DNA of 64,000 bases from an uncultured Nitrososphaeraceae archaeon (GCA_963837175.1 CAWIMJ010000013.1:1-64000), one strand, 5' to 3'. Numbered from the stretch's first letter, positions 11,639 to 23,098 are shown. Made by a program: numbers and translations. Notes: generated from the letters alone by a model not told the origin.

Positions 11639-12390
11639 TTTATTACTGCTCAGATAATGTTCTTATTATATGAATATATTGCATGTAATAGTGATTATAT
11701 TGTAAAAATAGTGGAGTTAAATAGCTCTCTTGTTTGCCAGAATAAGGTTTCAAATAGACAATATTTGCCATTTGTCTCTGTATACGGAATTGAGCTTATT
11801 ACCTATTCGCTTAAATCCAATACTCTATATGTACATTTTGAATACTTTTTGGTTGCTTTCGTAATATTAGTGCGAAGGCTAATTCTACAGGTGTCTTTCC
11901 TTTAGAAAATATTTCCTAAGCTTTGGCGGATATCTCTCCTTGCTATTGTCAGCGGTTATAATTTTGTCCTCTGCTACTTCTTCCTTTATGATAGCATTTA
12001 TGTCACGGGGTAACATTCTATTTCTGCGATTTCGCTGTAAGTGTTGTGCTAGTTAAAATATAGATCTATTCCCCGCTTTTTTCTTTTGTCAGTTTATTGC
12101 AAATTTAATCCCATACTATAAATAAGAAATCAATAAGGGAACGTTTCATGATACCATTTGCTTTCATCTATATATAAAAATATTTCATCATTACCATCTA
12201 CTTTCTTCTTTATAGTAACACTTCGAAAAGTACTAAGTTTGAGCACCTTTAAGATTTTACAATTATAATATTCAAAAATGGCAGAGAGCAGGCAAAAATA
12301 ACAGTAGCATACAAATCAGAGTTATTTCAACTATGCTAAGGAGATGGAAGATCAGCTGAGGAACAAAAGACCTGATCCTTCTTATTTTGT

Positions 12391-13116
12391 TTAATAGTAT
12401 GTCTGAGCATTTATCCCTACATCATAATTTTTTAAGACACATTCCTTAAGCTCGACAGCCAGCTCCCTTTCGCTTAGCCATATGCCATCATTAGTTATTC
12501 TTAAGGGAATAGAATTATAATACATACTAGCAGTAATGAAGAGTTCTTCATTTTCTATCTTAGCTTCAAAAAATAGATCCCTTGGAGTATTTCGGATCGT
12601 CAAAAAATGGTGTGGTTTGTAGCTTATCTCCCAACTTGCACTTGCTCTTTTTTCACCTGTCCAAGTATTTTCATAAACTACTGCGATCAAATTGTTTAGT
12701 TTATCAAAAAAATTAATGTCCAATAGTATATACCTATCATTTTCTTTATTGATAGTGATAATATCAAAATCATTTACTGCCAAAATTCTGGAAGTATTAA
12801 TAAATTTAGACTTACCTACATTCACAGCTATATTCTGTGAGTCTATAAAAAAGGCATCTTTTACTTGTATTTTGTTATGGGGATTCTTCTTTACATCTTG
12901 CAAATATGACTCTGAAAATTCTCCTCTATCAAAATTTGTATAATGATTAGGACAAAGAGCTATAATATTTTCAGGAAGATATGCCTGAATGTTACGATAT
13001 GGAATAATATGAGCATATATTATTATTGGACAGCCACATAAAACACATCCAAAATTAGCTTCTCGTCTAAGCTGTTTTTGAATAAGGAGTGGAATATTTC
13101 CTCCATTTAAAGACAT
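12391..13116 (-). CDS. HNH endonuclease-domain protein
   Basis: CVLCG...AHIIP...NIIALCPNH at the N-terminus. Confidence 0.75.
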   Translation of the reverse strand: MSLNGGNIPLLIQKQLRREANFGCVLCGCPIIIYAHIIPYRNIQAYLPENIIALCPNHYTNFDRGEFSESYLQDVKKNPHNKIQVKDAFFIDSQNIAVNVGKSKFINTSRILAVNDFDIITINKENDRYILLDINFFDKLNNLIAVVYENTWTGEKRASASWEISYKPHHFLTIRNTPRDLFFEAKIENEELFITASMYYNSIPLRITNDGIWLSERELAVELKECVLKNYDVGINAQTYY

Positions 13117-13578
13117 TAAGATTCAGATCACAATAAAAATATAAAAATAATTTGATTTTGCATCTAACTGTGCTTCTCAATTGATTCATTGCTAACTATT
13201 TGCCAAATTTTAGAAATTATTCGAAATTGTATCAAGTGTGATGATGCCCCAAATAATTTTATAAAATTTATTGAAGATTAGACATTATTTAGCTTTATAA
13301 ATATATGTTTACACTATCGCCATTCTAAAACAGAAATAAGAGATAGAGAATGAGAAATGTATTTCTGGATATTGATTTTCCATTGAATGTAGAAAAATAA
13401 GGAAGAATGAAGATAAAAATCTCTTAAGTTAATTGAAAAATAATTGATATTAACAAAGATGGAAGACTGAACTTAAATTTAATGCGCAAATAGTTAACTC
13501 TTAATTAGCTAATTCTCTTTTCTTATAAGTTTTTTTATCTATCACTTTCTGTATTTACTGATGACCAAAACTGTCTCT

Positions 13579-13710
13579 TTATCCTAGAAGACATTCCTCA
13601 CAAACTACAACTTCAAATCCATATGATTGTGGAAGAAGTTCATTACCACAATCTATGCATCTCTTTGCTCTTTTGTTATTATTCATTTGGTTTAGTTCCT
13701 TATTCTTCAT
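13579..13710 (-). CDS. 43-aa zinc-finger microprotein (not in the ORF track)
   Basis: Manual translation MKNKELNQMNNNKRAKRCIDCGNELLPQSYGFEVVVCEECLLG*, i.e. CxxC-x15-CxxC. Confidence 0.55.
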   Translation of the reverse strand: MKNKELNQMNNNKRAKRCIDCGNELLPQSYGFEVVVCEECLLG

Positions 13711-14375
13711 CCTAAATATATTATTAGGTATAATAATTAATAATTTTGTATAGATAACTATAAACCAACTTACGTTATAATTTGTCTATCCCAATAGTAT
13801 TGCAATTTCAGAATTACTATAATATAGTAATATAGGACATATGTTTTGTCATCAGGATTACAGTATATGATATTCACTCTCAGATTTGGATTATTGAAAC
13901 TTGTCTAATCACTATAATGAGATGACATGTAAATTATAACCATGGACTGGTTTTGTTGTTGTATAAGTTGGTTGTTGCTATTGTGATAAATATATAATAA
14001 TGGAGCAATATGACTGCATACAGTCATAATAGTTCTAACTACAAGAATGAAATGGAATCACAGATATTAAACCTTAAAGATAGGTATTGTCTGTTTGTAC
14101 TATTTTTAAAAAATTCATCAATGTCTTTTACATTACTGTTATTTATTCAATAGTAGATTTCTTTAATTCTTGCTGTAATAGTGCTTCTTGTATCTCTTTT
14201 TTTCTAAAGTGAAGCCAATTCTTGTGGAGCAACTGAAACGCATGATAGATCTGCATCTTCCTGATAATCAATCTATGACTTCTAGCTCAATCAAATAGCC
14301 ACGAATATTTGAATCTGCTAATCGGAAGTTTCATTAATAAATATTAATTATTATTATATTATCAGAATGATATAG

Positions 14376-14618
14376 TCATTGATAATCATGTAGACGCCTG
14401 TCTCGTTGTAATTCTATTTTTTTCTCAATCTCCATTTTATGATTCTTCAAGATGTGATTATCTGCACAGTTGTTGTGCATAATCCCTATTTGACAAAATT
14501 CACAAGATGTAACAAAATCGATATCCTTAAACATATGCTTACAAAATTTACACATCTCCGATCCTATATCAAAATCAGATAGTGGCTTTAACCATCCTTC
14601 ACGCCAGAGAACTATCAA
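14376..14618 (-). CDS. Small Cys/His-rich zinc-binding protein
   Basis: CKFC...CEFC...HNNC..H...H pattern. Confidence 0.65.
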   Translation of the reverse strand: MIVLWREGWLKPLSDFDIGSEMCKFCKHMFKDIDFVTSCEFCQIGIMHNNCADNHILKNHKMEIEKKIELQRDRRLHDYQ

Positions 14619-14866
14619 TTATCAATCACAATATCTTGTTATATTCTCCCTTAATGAAAGAGTATATATGTTTACTTTCAATCACTGAATATTTAGCAAC
14701 TGAAGAATGACTACTACCACTAATAAAACAATTAACAAAGCTAATGTTGCCTCTTCTTCTTCCTTTTCTTTTCCTAATAGCACAAGAGAAGAACGAGAAG
14801 AGCGAGAAGAAGAAAAAAAAATTAAAATTAGAAAGAAAAATAACTATTGCAATAGTACTGCAGCCT

Positions 14867-15857
14867 TTAGAGCTGACCTATCAGATGCATAAGTCGTGTC
14901 AGCTCATCGAGGGCGTCTTTTATCGGCACTAGAGTTACCATCAGTTCGTCCAAACCTGCTGCCAGAAGTTCGGTTAGCCGCGCAGCCACAGTGGCTTCGT
15001 TTCCGGAGACTATCAAGCTGTCTACAAGAGACTCAGGTACTAGCATCTGATCGGCTGTTAGTGGGAAACCTGCGTCAGCAAACATTTTGGCATAGAAGGG
15101 AAGCTTAGCATACATATCAAGCACTCGATGCCCTGCAGCCATCACAGAACGGCCATCTTCGCTAAGTGCTACTGAAATATGTGCCACCAATGGAGGAGCT
15201 GATCGTTCATTGGCAGCTCGCTGCTCTGCGTAATGCCGGAATTCCCGTATTGAGCAAATACGGAACAGGACACACCCATGAAAGAGCTCCATCAGCGATT
15301 TCTCCGGCCAGTTCAAATGCCTTCTTTCCTAATGTGGAAATTAACACTGGAGTCTGAGTTGTACGTGGCAACGTAATTACAACGTTAAAGAACTGTCCGT
15401 GATGATCGACCTTCCCTTCCCATAGCGCAGCACGTAGCACCTTTACATATTCGCGCAGGTGGGCTAACGGTGTTGTCTGGGATAAACCATAGATGCCCTC
15501 TATAATAGCTTGATGACTAGGGCCGATTCCAAGACATAATCGACCAGGTGCAATATCATACAAAGAGAGAGCCTGCTGTGCCATAACGAGCGGATGGCGT
15601 GGATAGGTTGGCACAATGGATGTTCCTAAGCGTATTGTGGATGTCTTTGTTGCTGCTGCTGATAGTGTAGTTAGTGTGTCTGGCCCCGAAGGTGGCTGTA
15701 CCATCCATATCTGCCGCACTCCGGAGGCTTCAGCTGCAACAATAGTTTTTACTGCAGACGCCGCATTTGCCCCATCCACAACAAGTCCAACACGTTCTCG
15801 TGTTGTTGGCAGCAGCCGATTTGGAGAAACTTCCAAACCCAAATCTTCTTTTGTCAC
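14867..15857 (-). CDS. Luciferase-like (LLM class, probably F420-dependent) oxidoreductase, frameshifted near 15220
   Basis: TIRLGTSIVPTYPRHP, PGRLCLGIGPSH, AGEIADG; the C-terminal LPFYAKMFADAGF lies in the adjacent frame; visibly GC-richer than its flanks. Confidence 0.85.
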
Positions 15858-15993
15858 ATTTCCACCTCTCGTCTTATTCGTTTATCCATTTCCAAAACTC
15901 CTGTACGAGTGATATATTATATCATATATATGATATAAAACTCCGAAACGAATCTAATAAATGCAGAATAGCTAATGTAGAAAAATTCATTGG

Positions 15994-16383
15994 CTATCTT
16001 TGGATCTTACTGATATATATGCAATGCAGGATCAACAACGTATATCTCTCGATGTTCATGCGCTGCCGAAACAACTCTCGTAGTTGGGTGTGTATACCAA
16101 AGTATATCTGGGGACAGTCATATGCTACTAATGTTTCAAGCTGATTTACCAGTTCTTCTATAATATTCATTGCTGCCTGTTGCAGCTTATCGGTAGTATC
16201 ATCAGCAGCAAAACCAGTTTGTTGTTTATGATCGCTGCAACTATCACTTATATTGCTACCGCAGCCATCGCTACCATTATTACTGCTGCTATTATTTTTA
16301 TTCTTACCTCTATTATTTTTATTCTTCCCTTCTCCTCCCTCTTCTCCTCCTCCAATTTGTTCTTCTTGTTCTTCTTTTTTCAT
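15994..16383 (-). CDS. Hypothetical protein with an EELVNxLE..VAYDCP..Y..IHTQLR motif
   Basis: ORF track; the motif recurs in the adjacent copy at 16445..16756. Confidence 0.55.
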   Translation of the reverse strand: MKKEEQEEQIGGGEEGGEGKNKNNRGKNKNNSSSNNGSDGCGSNISDSCSDHKQQTGFAADDTTDKLQQAAMNIIEELVNQLETLVAYDCPQIYFGIHTQLRELFRQRMNIERYTLLILHCIYISKIQR

Positions 16384-16444
16384 TATCTCTTTATTATTAT
16401 CATCATAAGCAACATTAACATTGACATGCTGGATCAGGAATTGT

Positions 16445-16756
16445 CTACAAGACTAACCCCAATGCGTCTTCTCTATTATAACTCCCAAGGAATATCCTGT
16501 GTCTTACTAGCTCTCAGTTGAGTATGAATGTTGAGGTATAGCCTAGGGCAGTCATATGCTACAAAGGATTCGAGTTCATTGACTAGTTCTTCTACTATTA
16601 GTGCTGTTTCTGTTGTTGTTGTTACTGTTATAGGCGTGACGGCTGCTTCTTCTTGCTCCGGTAATTTCCGGGCTGTTTTAGAGAGGAGTTTAAGCTCTTT
16701 TTGTCTTATTGAATTTTTTCAATAGGCGCTTTTCTCGCCTTGGCTTGGTTTACCAT
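16445..16756 (-). pseudogene. Frameshifted tandem paralog of 15994..16383
   Basis: Manual translation gives IVEELVNELESFVAYDCPRLYLNIHTQLR; frameshifts fall in a poly-A run and an AG repeat. Confidence 0.55.
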
Positions 16757-16790
16757 TTCCTTTATAAATCACTACTAGCATAACAGACTA

Positions 16791-17435
16791 ATGCGCATAA
16801 AGACACTATTAGGGATATTTATTATTATTATAGCCGTTGCAGTTGTAGGCCCATTGCTAGGAATAACAAATTTTGTTAATAATATTATCTATAGTCATCA
16901 TCAAGCATTTGCTACTCATATGGATACTGCTACCTCCAATGAAAAAACAATTGTACATCAGGGAATAGTTGCTTCGAGTCCAAATCCTCAGATTGTACCT
17001 CAGCCAAATAAACAAAACCAATCAGTAGTTATTTTACCTTATAGAATTGATGGCTCAATCTATAAAGGAGTTTTAACATTTACAGCAACGAAACCAGTAG
17101 AAGTAACATTTAGTCATAGAATTCCTATAGATAATACTACACTTTCACAACTGGACATGCAAAAATTTGGAAAATTATTTGTACGTCATTTGACTGCCTT
17201 TCCAGGAAACATATCTGCTATATCAAGAATTATCCCTGATTATAGAGGAGGAAGTACATCACCATATTTCTCTGCATCTATTCCTTTTGTAGCCAGTTCA
17301 GTTGTACTTCGTACAAATGAAGTGCCATTTATTGCTGCTTATGAAGTATCTGCTGATATAGTTCAACCTAAGATAATCAAGCATCTTGAAAATGCTACTA
17401 CTACTAGTGCTACCAATAATTCTACAATTAGTTAA
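16791..17435 (+). CDS. Secreted hypothetical protein
   Basis: Signal peptide ending in AFA; beta-rich 214-aa ORF. Confidence 0.7.
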   Translation: MRIKTLLGIFIIIIAVAVVGPLLGITNFVNNIIYSHHQAFATHMDTATSNEKTIVHQGIVASSPNPQIVPQPNKQNQSVVILPYRIDGSIYKGVLTFTATKPVEVTFSHRIPIDNTTLSQLDMQKFGKLFVRHLTAFPGNISAISRIIPDYRGGSTSPYFSASIPFVASSVVLRTNEVPFIAAYEVSADIVQPKIIKHLENATTTSATNNSTIS

Positions 17436-17906
17436 TGCAAAGTAAAGCAATGATAGTAGTAGCGCTATCAATATTATTGCCAATGTCCGATTTTATTCAC
17501 CGCGTCTAGTTGCAAACCACCATGCCTTCAAGTTCCTTCTCTGGATAAGATCCACTATAGCCTCAGCGCGTTGTTCTAATGTGTAATACGTTGGTATGTC
17601 ATAATGACTTACCTTGGGTGCATCGATCAGCCCTATTCTATGGCAGCATCGCTGTAGTGATTATCATTGCTGTCATTTGGATTATTGTTACTATACTCTA
17701 TAACAGAGAAAAAAAAGCCTACGTTACCATAATAATAAAAACAAGAAGCCACCAGTCCGAGTGACAAGTAAAACAAAGAATTTGATTACATGTTGCTTGC
17801 TCTGAGTTTATTACTATTGTTAGTTGGTGGATATTACTGGATTGTATATGGTGATAAGTTCATTTTAGTTGTTGTTAATATTGTTTGACTGATCTATTCA
17901 TAGGAA

Positions 17907-19016
17907 CTAAGAGCCTTTAGTAATCTGAAATATTTCATTTATGTTACTTGCACCTAGACCAGGATTAGTTGCACCTGCAATTACATAGATTTTATCTCCA
18001 ATTGTTTCAGCTGCCAATCCATGACGCGCAGTTGGCATAGGGGGCTCAGATGTCCATTTGTTAGTTTTTGGATCATATTTTTCATTATTATAGAACATCC
18101 TAATAGTCTCATTACTACCTGGAGGAATCTCTCCTCCAATTACATTAATTTGACCATTAGAAGAATTGGCTGCTGCTAATCCTCCTCTTTTTGATGGCAT
18201 TGGTTCAAGTGTTATCCAAGTATTTTTCTGTGGATCATACATCTCGTTTTTATCAAGAGTTACGATAAACGATTTGGTAGAATTATCAAGCTGCCGTCCT
18301 CCAAAGACATATAGTTTTCCATCATCTATTGCTGATGCATGATGATGTCTTGCAGTTGGCATAGGATCTTTTTCTACCCATGTGTTATTTTGTGCATCAT
18401 AGGCTTCATTTGTGTTTAATGGATTTGTAGAATTGCCGCCTATCGCATATAGCGTTCCATTAATAAAAGCAGCAGTTAAAGCACCTCTGGCTGTGGGCAT
18501 AGGTTTGCCTTCTTGCCATTTGTTAGTGGCTAAATCATAAATGAATAGTTTGTTAGAAGGATTTCTCATATTATCATAACCACCAACTACATACAATTTT
18601 CCATTATAAGCAGCTGCGGCAGCATGATCTCGTGTTTCGGGCAATGGAGCTATGGTAGTATTACTCCATTTATCTGTGCCTAGATCATAAACTTCTACAC
18701 TAGCAATATTCTTACCAGCTGCATTAAGACCTCCTATTACATAGATCTTTCCATTTAAGACAGCGGAAGTTATTTCTGATCTTGGTATATTCAATTTTCC
18801 GCCAGTTGTTATCCATGTTGATTTTTGTTGTTGTATTTGTTTTTCTGTCTGTTGAGCTGATTGCAGTGGTGATATCTGTTGTTGTCCTACTGCTGGAGTT
18901 GAAAATTCAAGAAAAATAAAAATACTATTTAAAGCAACGAGTGAGACTAAAATGCTATATGAGAACAGTGTTAAGAAAATAAAACTTTTTTTAAACATTG
19001 AAGAAAACATGTTCAA
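17907..19016 (-). CDS. Secreted Kelch-repeat beta-propeller protein
   Basis: Six repeats of GKIYVIGG...YD...W....PMPTAR. Confidence 0.92.
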   Translation of the reverse strand: MNMFSSMFKKSFIFLTLFSYSILVSLVALNSIFIFLEFSTPAVGQQQISPLQSAQQTEKQIQQQKSTWITTGGKLNIPRSEITSAVLNGKIYVIGGLNAAGKNIASVEVYDLGTDKWSNTTIAPLPETRDHAAAAAYNGKLYVVGGYDNMRNPSNKLFIYDLATNKWQEGKPMPTARGALTAAFINGTLYAIGGNSTNPLNTNEAYDAQNNTWVEKDPMPTARHHHASAIDDGKLYVFGGRQLDNSTKSFIVTLDKNEMYDPQKNTWITLEPMPSKRGGLAAANSSNGQINVIGGEIPPGSNETIRMFYNNEKYDPKTNKWTSEPPMPTARHGLAAETIGDKIYVIAGATNPGLGASNINEIFQITKGS

Positions 19017-19215
19017 TATAATTTATATTGATTGTATAACTTATAATAGAACGTAATCTGATTTACTTTCTTTCACTTACAAATAGGAAGAGGCCTCAGT
19101 CTTAATAGCGTTGATATATTTACTACTCTTTATCCGATTCCTCGCACTCCGTTCCTTATTGGTGCTTCAATTCTTATTTTATTCAGCATTTTGTAGAGAT
19201 TTGTCTGCAAATAAA

Positions 19216-19440
19216 ATGAATGATAATAACGAATCAGCGAACGAAAAAGAAAAAGCAACGTCAGCCACGCCACTACTATTAAAAATACTTGAAGATATGC
19301 TACATAATAGGATCATCAAAAGAAAAAACAGATACATAAAACCCGGAGCATAGCGGACACCGAAAGATTATGGACATAGATACGTTGCGATGGGTTACTG
19401 TTCCAGAGTCTTATCATCAGATGACAACGTTATCTAGGAA
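19216..19440 (+). pseudogene. Small-protein family copy A (LLKILEDMLHNRI)
   Basis: DNA and protein similarity to 23099..23320 and 43760..43982. Confidence 0.45.
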
Positions 19441-19743
19441 ATTATAAATAGCAAGGATAAGGACTGCGTAGGTAAATATCAGGATTGTTTGTTACCAATG
19501 AATGAAGTTAAAGATTATCGCTGCAAAAGTCATACTTCCGTCTAATATAACTACTGTCTACAACTGATTATGTTTGTAGATTCATTTGATGGGAGTATAT
19601 GATGCGGATAATAATGATTATGCTTAATAATACCATCAAACGACACTAATACTAGAAAATTGACCAAAATAAGACTCATCAGTATTCAACAATATTTTGA
19701 AATCCAAACTTAGAGAAAAACTTAAAAGCCTTCTACACGGCTC

Positions 19744-21696
19744 ATGATTGTGCGTCTAAAGTTAAAGCTCATTATAGTGTTTTCAATAGTTATTATCGCT
19801 GCAGTTTTATCTACTTCATATATATCTTTCAAATCTCTTGAATCAGCAGTAATAGACTCACAACTTCGACAAATGGGTCATGAAGTGGAAATCAAAGCGA
19901 ATTTAATTGATAATCTTAATTCCAGAGCTTCAGAGGATTTGCTATTTGCGGTCAAAAATCCGATATTTGTAAAATATTTTGAGTTACCTGATACTAAGGC
20001 AGGAGATATATACAAAAATGGTGTAATACAATTTACACCAGAACAGAGAATTCTCAAGAACGAACTTGACCAGTGGATTTATGACTTTCAGAATAAGTTC
20101 TCTATAGATGAGACTTGTTTAGTAGATAAGACAGGGCAAGAACATACTAGACTGGTCATGAAGAATGTTGCACCTGATAGTGCTCTCTCTTCTAAAGAAT
20201 CAGCTTCACCATTCTTTAAACCATCGTTTCAAAAAAATATTAATGAGGTATATTTGCAGTATCCTTATGTTTCACCGGACACTGGAAGATGGGTTTTTGC
20301 ATATACTACTCCAATAGTTCTTAGCGACGGATCAAAACCTGCATTTTATCATTTCGAAATTCCTTTGAAAACCTTTCAGGATATAACTAAAGTTGATGAA
20401 GGTAGGGCTTATGTGATTGATTCTTCTGGAAGATACTTGGTAGCTGACTCAGATCATGTTTACAATCAAAGTCTGAATTCAGCACCTTTTGGCCAGTCTC
20501 CAAAAGACTTTTTTCCTTCGATAAGTACAATTTCAACATCTTCTAAATTTAATGAAGACATCAGAAATGTATTGGCCAATAATAGTACAAATATCGGTCA
20601 TGTAACCTATTCTGCAGATGGAGAATTGCACTATATTGTCTTCAAAAGATTACCTATCTTTGATTGGATTTTAGCTTACGAAAAACCATATTCATTAATG
20701 ATGTCAGGTAACTATAACTTGCATAATCTTGCAGTTACGCTATTTGTAATATCTCTTGGTATAATTGCGGGTGGGTTGATTGCAGTATACACACTATCAA
20801 ATAGAATTATTCGCCCGATCATAGACTTTGCAAGAAAGTGTAGAAATCAAGATGTAAGTAACTTGCAAAGAATTAATCCTATAGGCAAGGACAAGGAAAT
20901 CAACCAAGTTATATATGCATTTAACGAAATGATAGAAAGAGTAAATGCTATTGAAAAACAAAAAGAAGAATTTGCTTCGATGGTTACACATGAATTAAAA
21001 ACTCCGCTTACTCCTATTATTGGATGGTGTCAGACTCTAAAGAACCCAAAATTGATAGGACAATTAAATAGTAAACAACTTAATGCAGTAGATGTAATTC
21101 ACAGGAATGCAAAAAGACTACTGCAGTTAGTTGGAGATATATTAGATGTACAAAAACTCAATCTTAATAGAATGAGGTTTGATAGTCAACCTGTAGATGT
21201 AGATGACCTATTAAACTATATGTATATTAATCTTCAAAATGTAATGGCTCAAAAGAATATTAAACAAATAAATTCTACAAAAGAGCAATTGACTGTTAGA
21301 TCAGATAGAAATAGAATAGAGCAGGTTTTAAATAATCTTATTCTTAATGCAGTAGATTTTGTTCCTTCTGAAGGTGGTAAAATTGAATATGGTGCTCAAA
21401 GTAAAGGTGATGAAATACTCTTCTACGTAAAGGATAATGGAACAGGGATATCACCTGAAAAACAAAAGAACCTTTTCCATAAATTTTATCAGATCGATAC
21501 TTCAGTTACTAGGAAACATGGAGGATCAGGATTGGGCCTAGCTATCGCAAAAGGGATTATTGAATCACTGGAAGGTAAGATATGGGTTGAAAGCGAACTA
21601 GGAAAGGGAGCAAGCTTTTATTTCACCATTCCAAAAGACAGAACTAAAACAACAATGAGCGAAAAAGTAATGGATATCAAAGAGACAGCTAGATGA
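19744..21696 (+). CDS. Membrane sensor histidine kinase (Cache-like sensor, HAMP, HisKA, HATPase)
   Basis: Two transmembrane segments, THELKTPLT H-box, NLILNA N-box, DNGTGI, GGSGLGLAI. Confidence 0.95.
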   Translation: MIVRLKLKLIIVFSIVIIAAVLSTSYISFKSLESAVIDSQLRQMGHEVEIKANLIDNLNSRASEDLLFAVKNPIFVKYFELPDTKAGDIYKNGVIQFTPEQRILKNELDQWIYDFQNKFSIDETCLVDKTGQEHTRLVMKNVAPDSALSSKESASPFFKPSFQKNINEVYLQYPYVSPDTGRWVFAYTTPIVLSDGSKPAFYHFEIPLKTFQDITKVDEGRAYVIDSSGRYLVADSDHVYNQSLNSAPFGQSPKDFFPSISTISTSSKFNEDIRNVLANNSTNIGHVTYSADGELHYIVFKRLPIFDWILAYEKPYSLMMSGNYNLHNLAVTLFVISLGIIAGGLIAVYTLSNRIIRPIIDFARKCRNQDVSNLQRINPIGKDKEINQVIYAFNEMIERVNAIEKQKEEFASMVTHELKTPLTPIIGWCQTLKNPKLIGQLNSKQLNAVDVIHRNAKRLLQLVGDILDVQKLNLNRMRFDSQPVDVDDLLNYMYINLQNVMAQKNIKQINSTKEQLTVRSDRNRIEQVLNNLILNAVDFVPSEGGKIEYGAQSKGDEILFYVKDNGTGISPEKQKNLFHKFYQIDTSVTRKHGGSGLGLAIAKGIIESLEGKIWVESELGKGASFYFTIPKDRTKTTMSEKVMDIKETAR

Positions 21697-22055
21697 AAAT
21701 ACTGGGAATAGACGATAACGCAGACATAAATGAACTGCTTGACACCATCTTAAATGGGAGTGGTCATGAATTTATTTATGTGAAGAGTGGAATTGAAGGG
21801 TTAAAATTAATGCAGGAAAAGAAATTTGATCTTGTATTACTAGATTTAGCTATGCCTGAATTCAGTGGATTTGATGTAATTAATTCGCTTCTGAAGGACG
21901 GACTTTTAACTAAACAAAAAATTATAATATTTACTGCTTCATCAGTATTAGATGCAGAAATAGAAAAACTTGTAAAAAAAGGAGTTCATTCTTGTATAAG
22001 AAAGCCTGTGGATGTAGATTTACTTTTAGAAAAATTAGAGCAGTTGCAAGTTTGA
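21693..22055 (+). CDS. Single-domain response regulator (REC)
   Basis: IDD, LLDLAMPEFSG, FTA and RKP motifs; ATGA overlap with the kinase gene. Confidence 0.95.
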   Translation: MKILGIDDNADINELLDTILNGSGHEFIYVKSGIEGLKLMQEKKFDLVLLDLAMPEFSGFDVINSLLKDGLLTKQKIIIFTASSVLDAEIEKLVKKGVHSCIRKPVDVDLLLEKLEQLQV

Positions 22056-22078
22056 TATGATATCGACGGTTTTGTAAT

Positions 22079-22903
22079 ATGGTTTTAATGACGTCTAGCA
22101 GTTCAACACAATCATATTATGAAATAGCGAATAGGATAGTAACGATTGCGTTAAGTATTACTATCATTTTTCTTGCAGAATCGTTATATTTTGGTAATCA
22201 AGCTTTGGCTGCATCATCTAATGCTAAGGATGACTGTCCAGTATTTTCAATCAAGTATGGATGTGATCTTTCTGGTTGGCTTCACTTAATTATTGATGGT
22301 TTAATAGCCGCTTTTTTGGGATTATTTTTTCATCATCTAGCACACAAACAGAGTCTAAAATTAAAAAAAATAGTTAATGAGCATGATGCCATGAAAAAAA
22401 GGAGAAGAGAATTTGCAATTCAATCATTGAAGAATCACTTTACCACATTACTGTTTTCAATGTCGTTGATAAATAAGCTAGAACCTATGTATGCTAGCGA
22501 TACAAAAAATCGTGATAATATAAAAGATCAAATTAATAGAAACTACGAAATAATCTCTCGTGTAATAAATGACATTAAAAATACATTGCTTTTCTTAAAT
22601 GATGTTCTAGAGCCACAAATTATCAATGACGTCAATAAGCTTTGCCAAACTATTCATCAAGGTTATGTAAAAGATGTAGATAAGCAATTAAGATTAATTG
22701 ACTATACTGAAACAAAGAACAAGATTAATGGCCTATGTAAAACATTTGATGAATTGCATCCTGCGGTGGTACCTGTCCAAGAATTGTTCCCACGTACTTC
22801 TTCCAATTTACAATCTAATAATAGTACACTAAAGAAATTGAACTATCAGGAAATAGCCTTATATTGTAGGCGCCTTTTTAAAAAGGTAGATTCTAACAAA
22901 TAA
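22079..22903 (+). CDS. Membrane-anchored hypothetical protein downstream of the two-component pair
   Basis: Two hydrophobic segments flank a loop with two Cys; helical C-terminus; starts 23 bp after the regulator. Confidence 0.7.
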   Translation: MVLMTSSSSTQSYYEIANRIVTIALSITIIFLAESLYFGNQALAASSNAKDDCPVFSIKYGCDLSGWLHLIIDGLIAAFLGLFFHHLAHKQSLKLKKIVNEHDAMKKRRREFAIQSLKNHFTTLLFSMSLINKLEPMYASDTKNRDNIKDQINRNYEIISRVINDIKNTLLFLNDVLEPQIINDVNKLCQTIHQGYVKDVDKQLRLIDYTETKNKINGLCKTFDELHPAVVPVQELFPRTSSNLQSNNSTLKKLNYQEIALYCRRLFKKVDSNK

Positions 22904-23098
22904 ATAAATAAATATATAGAATAAAATTACGTACTGAATACGTATATATATTTTATCCATCCTATTATCGAGAACTCGACTACTTTTCCGCTACTAGACT
23001 CGGCCTTTTATCAATTATTTGGTTCTTAAATGATAACTTCCTCTCTGATTAGTGATTAAGCTGTTATATCTAAGTCAAATCCTGTTCTAATAATTAAT

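Noticed and set aside
14707-16725. Numerous plus-strand ORFs overlapping the LLM gene and its neighbours
   Set aside because: Antisense shadows of real genes or low-complexity sequence; the same applies to shadow ORFs over nrdJ, asnB, aIF6 and the RTX-like genes.
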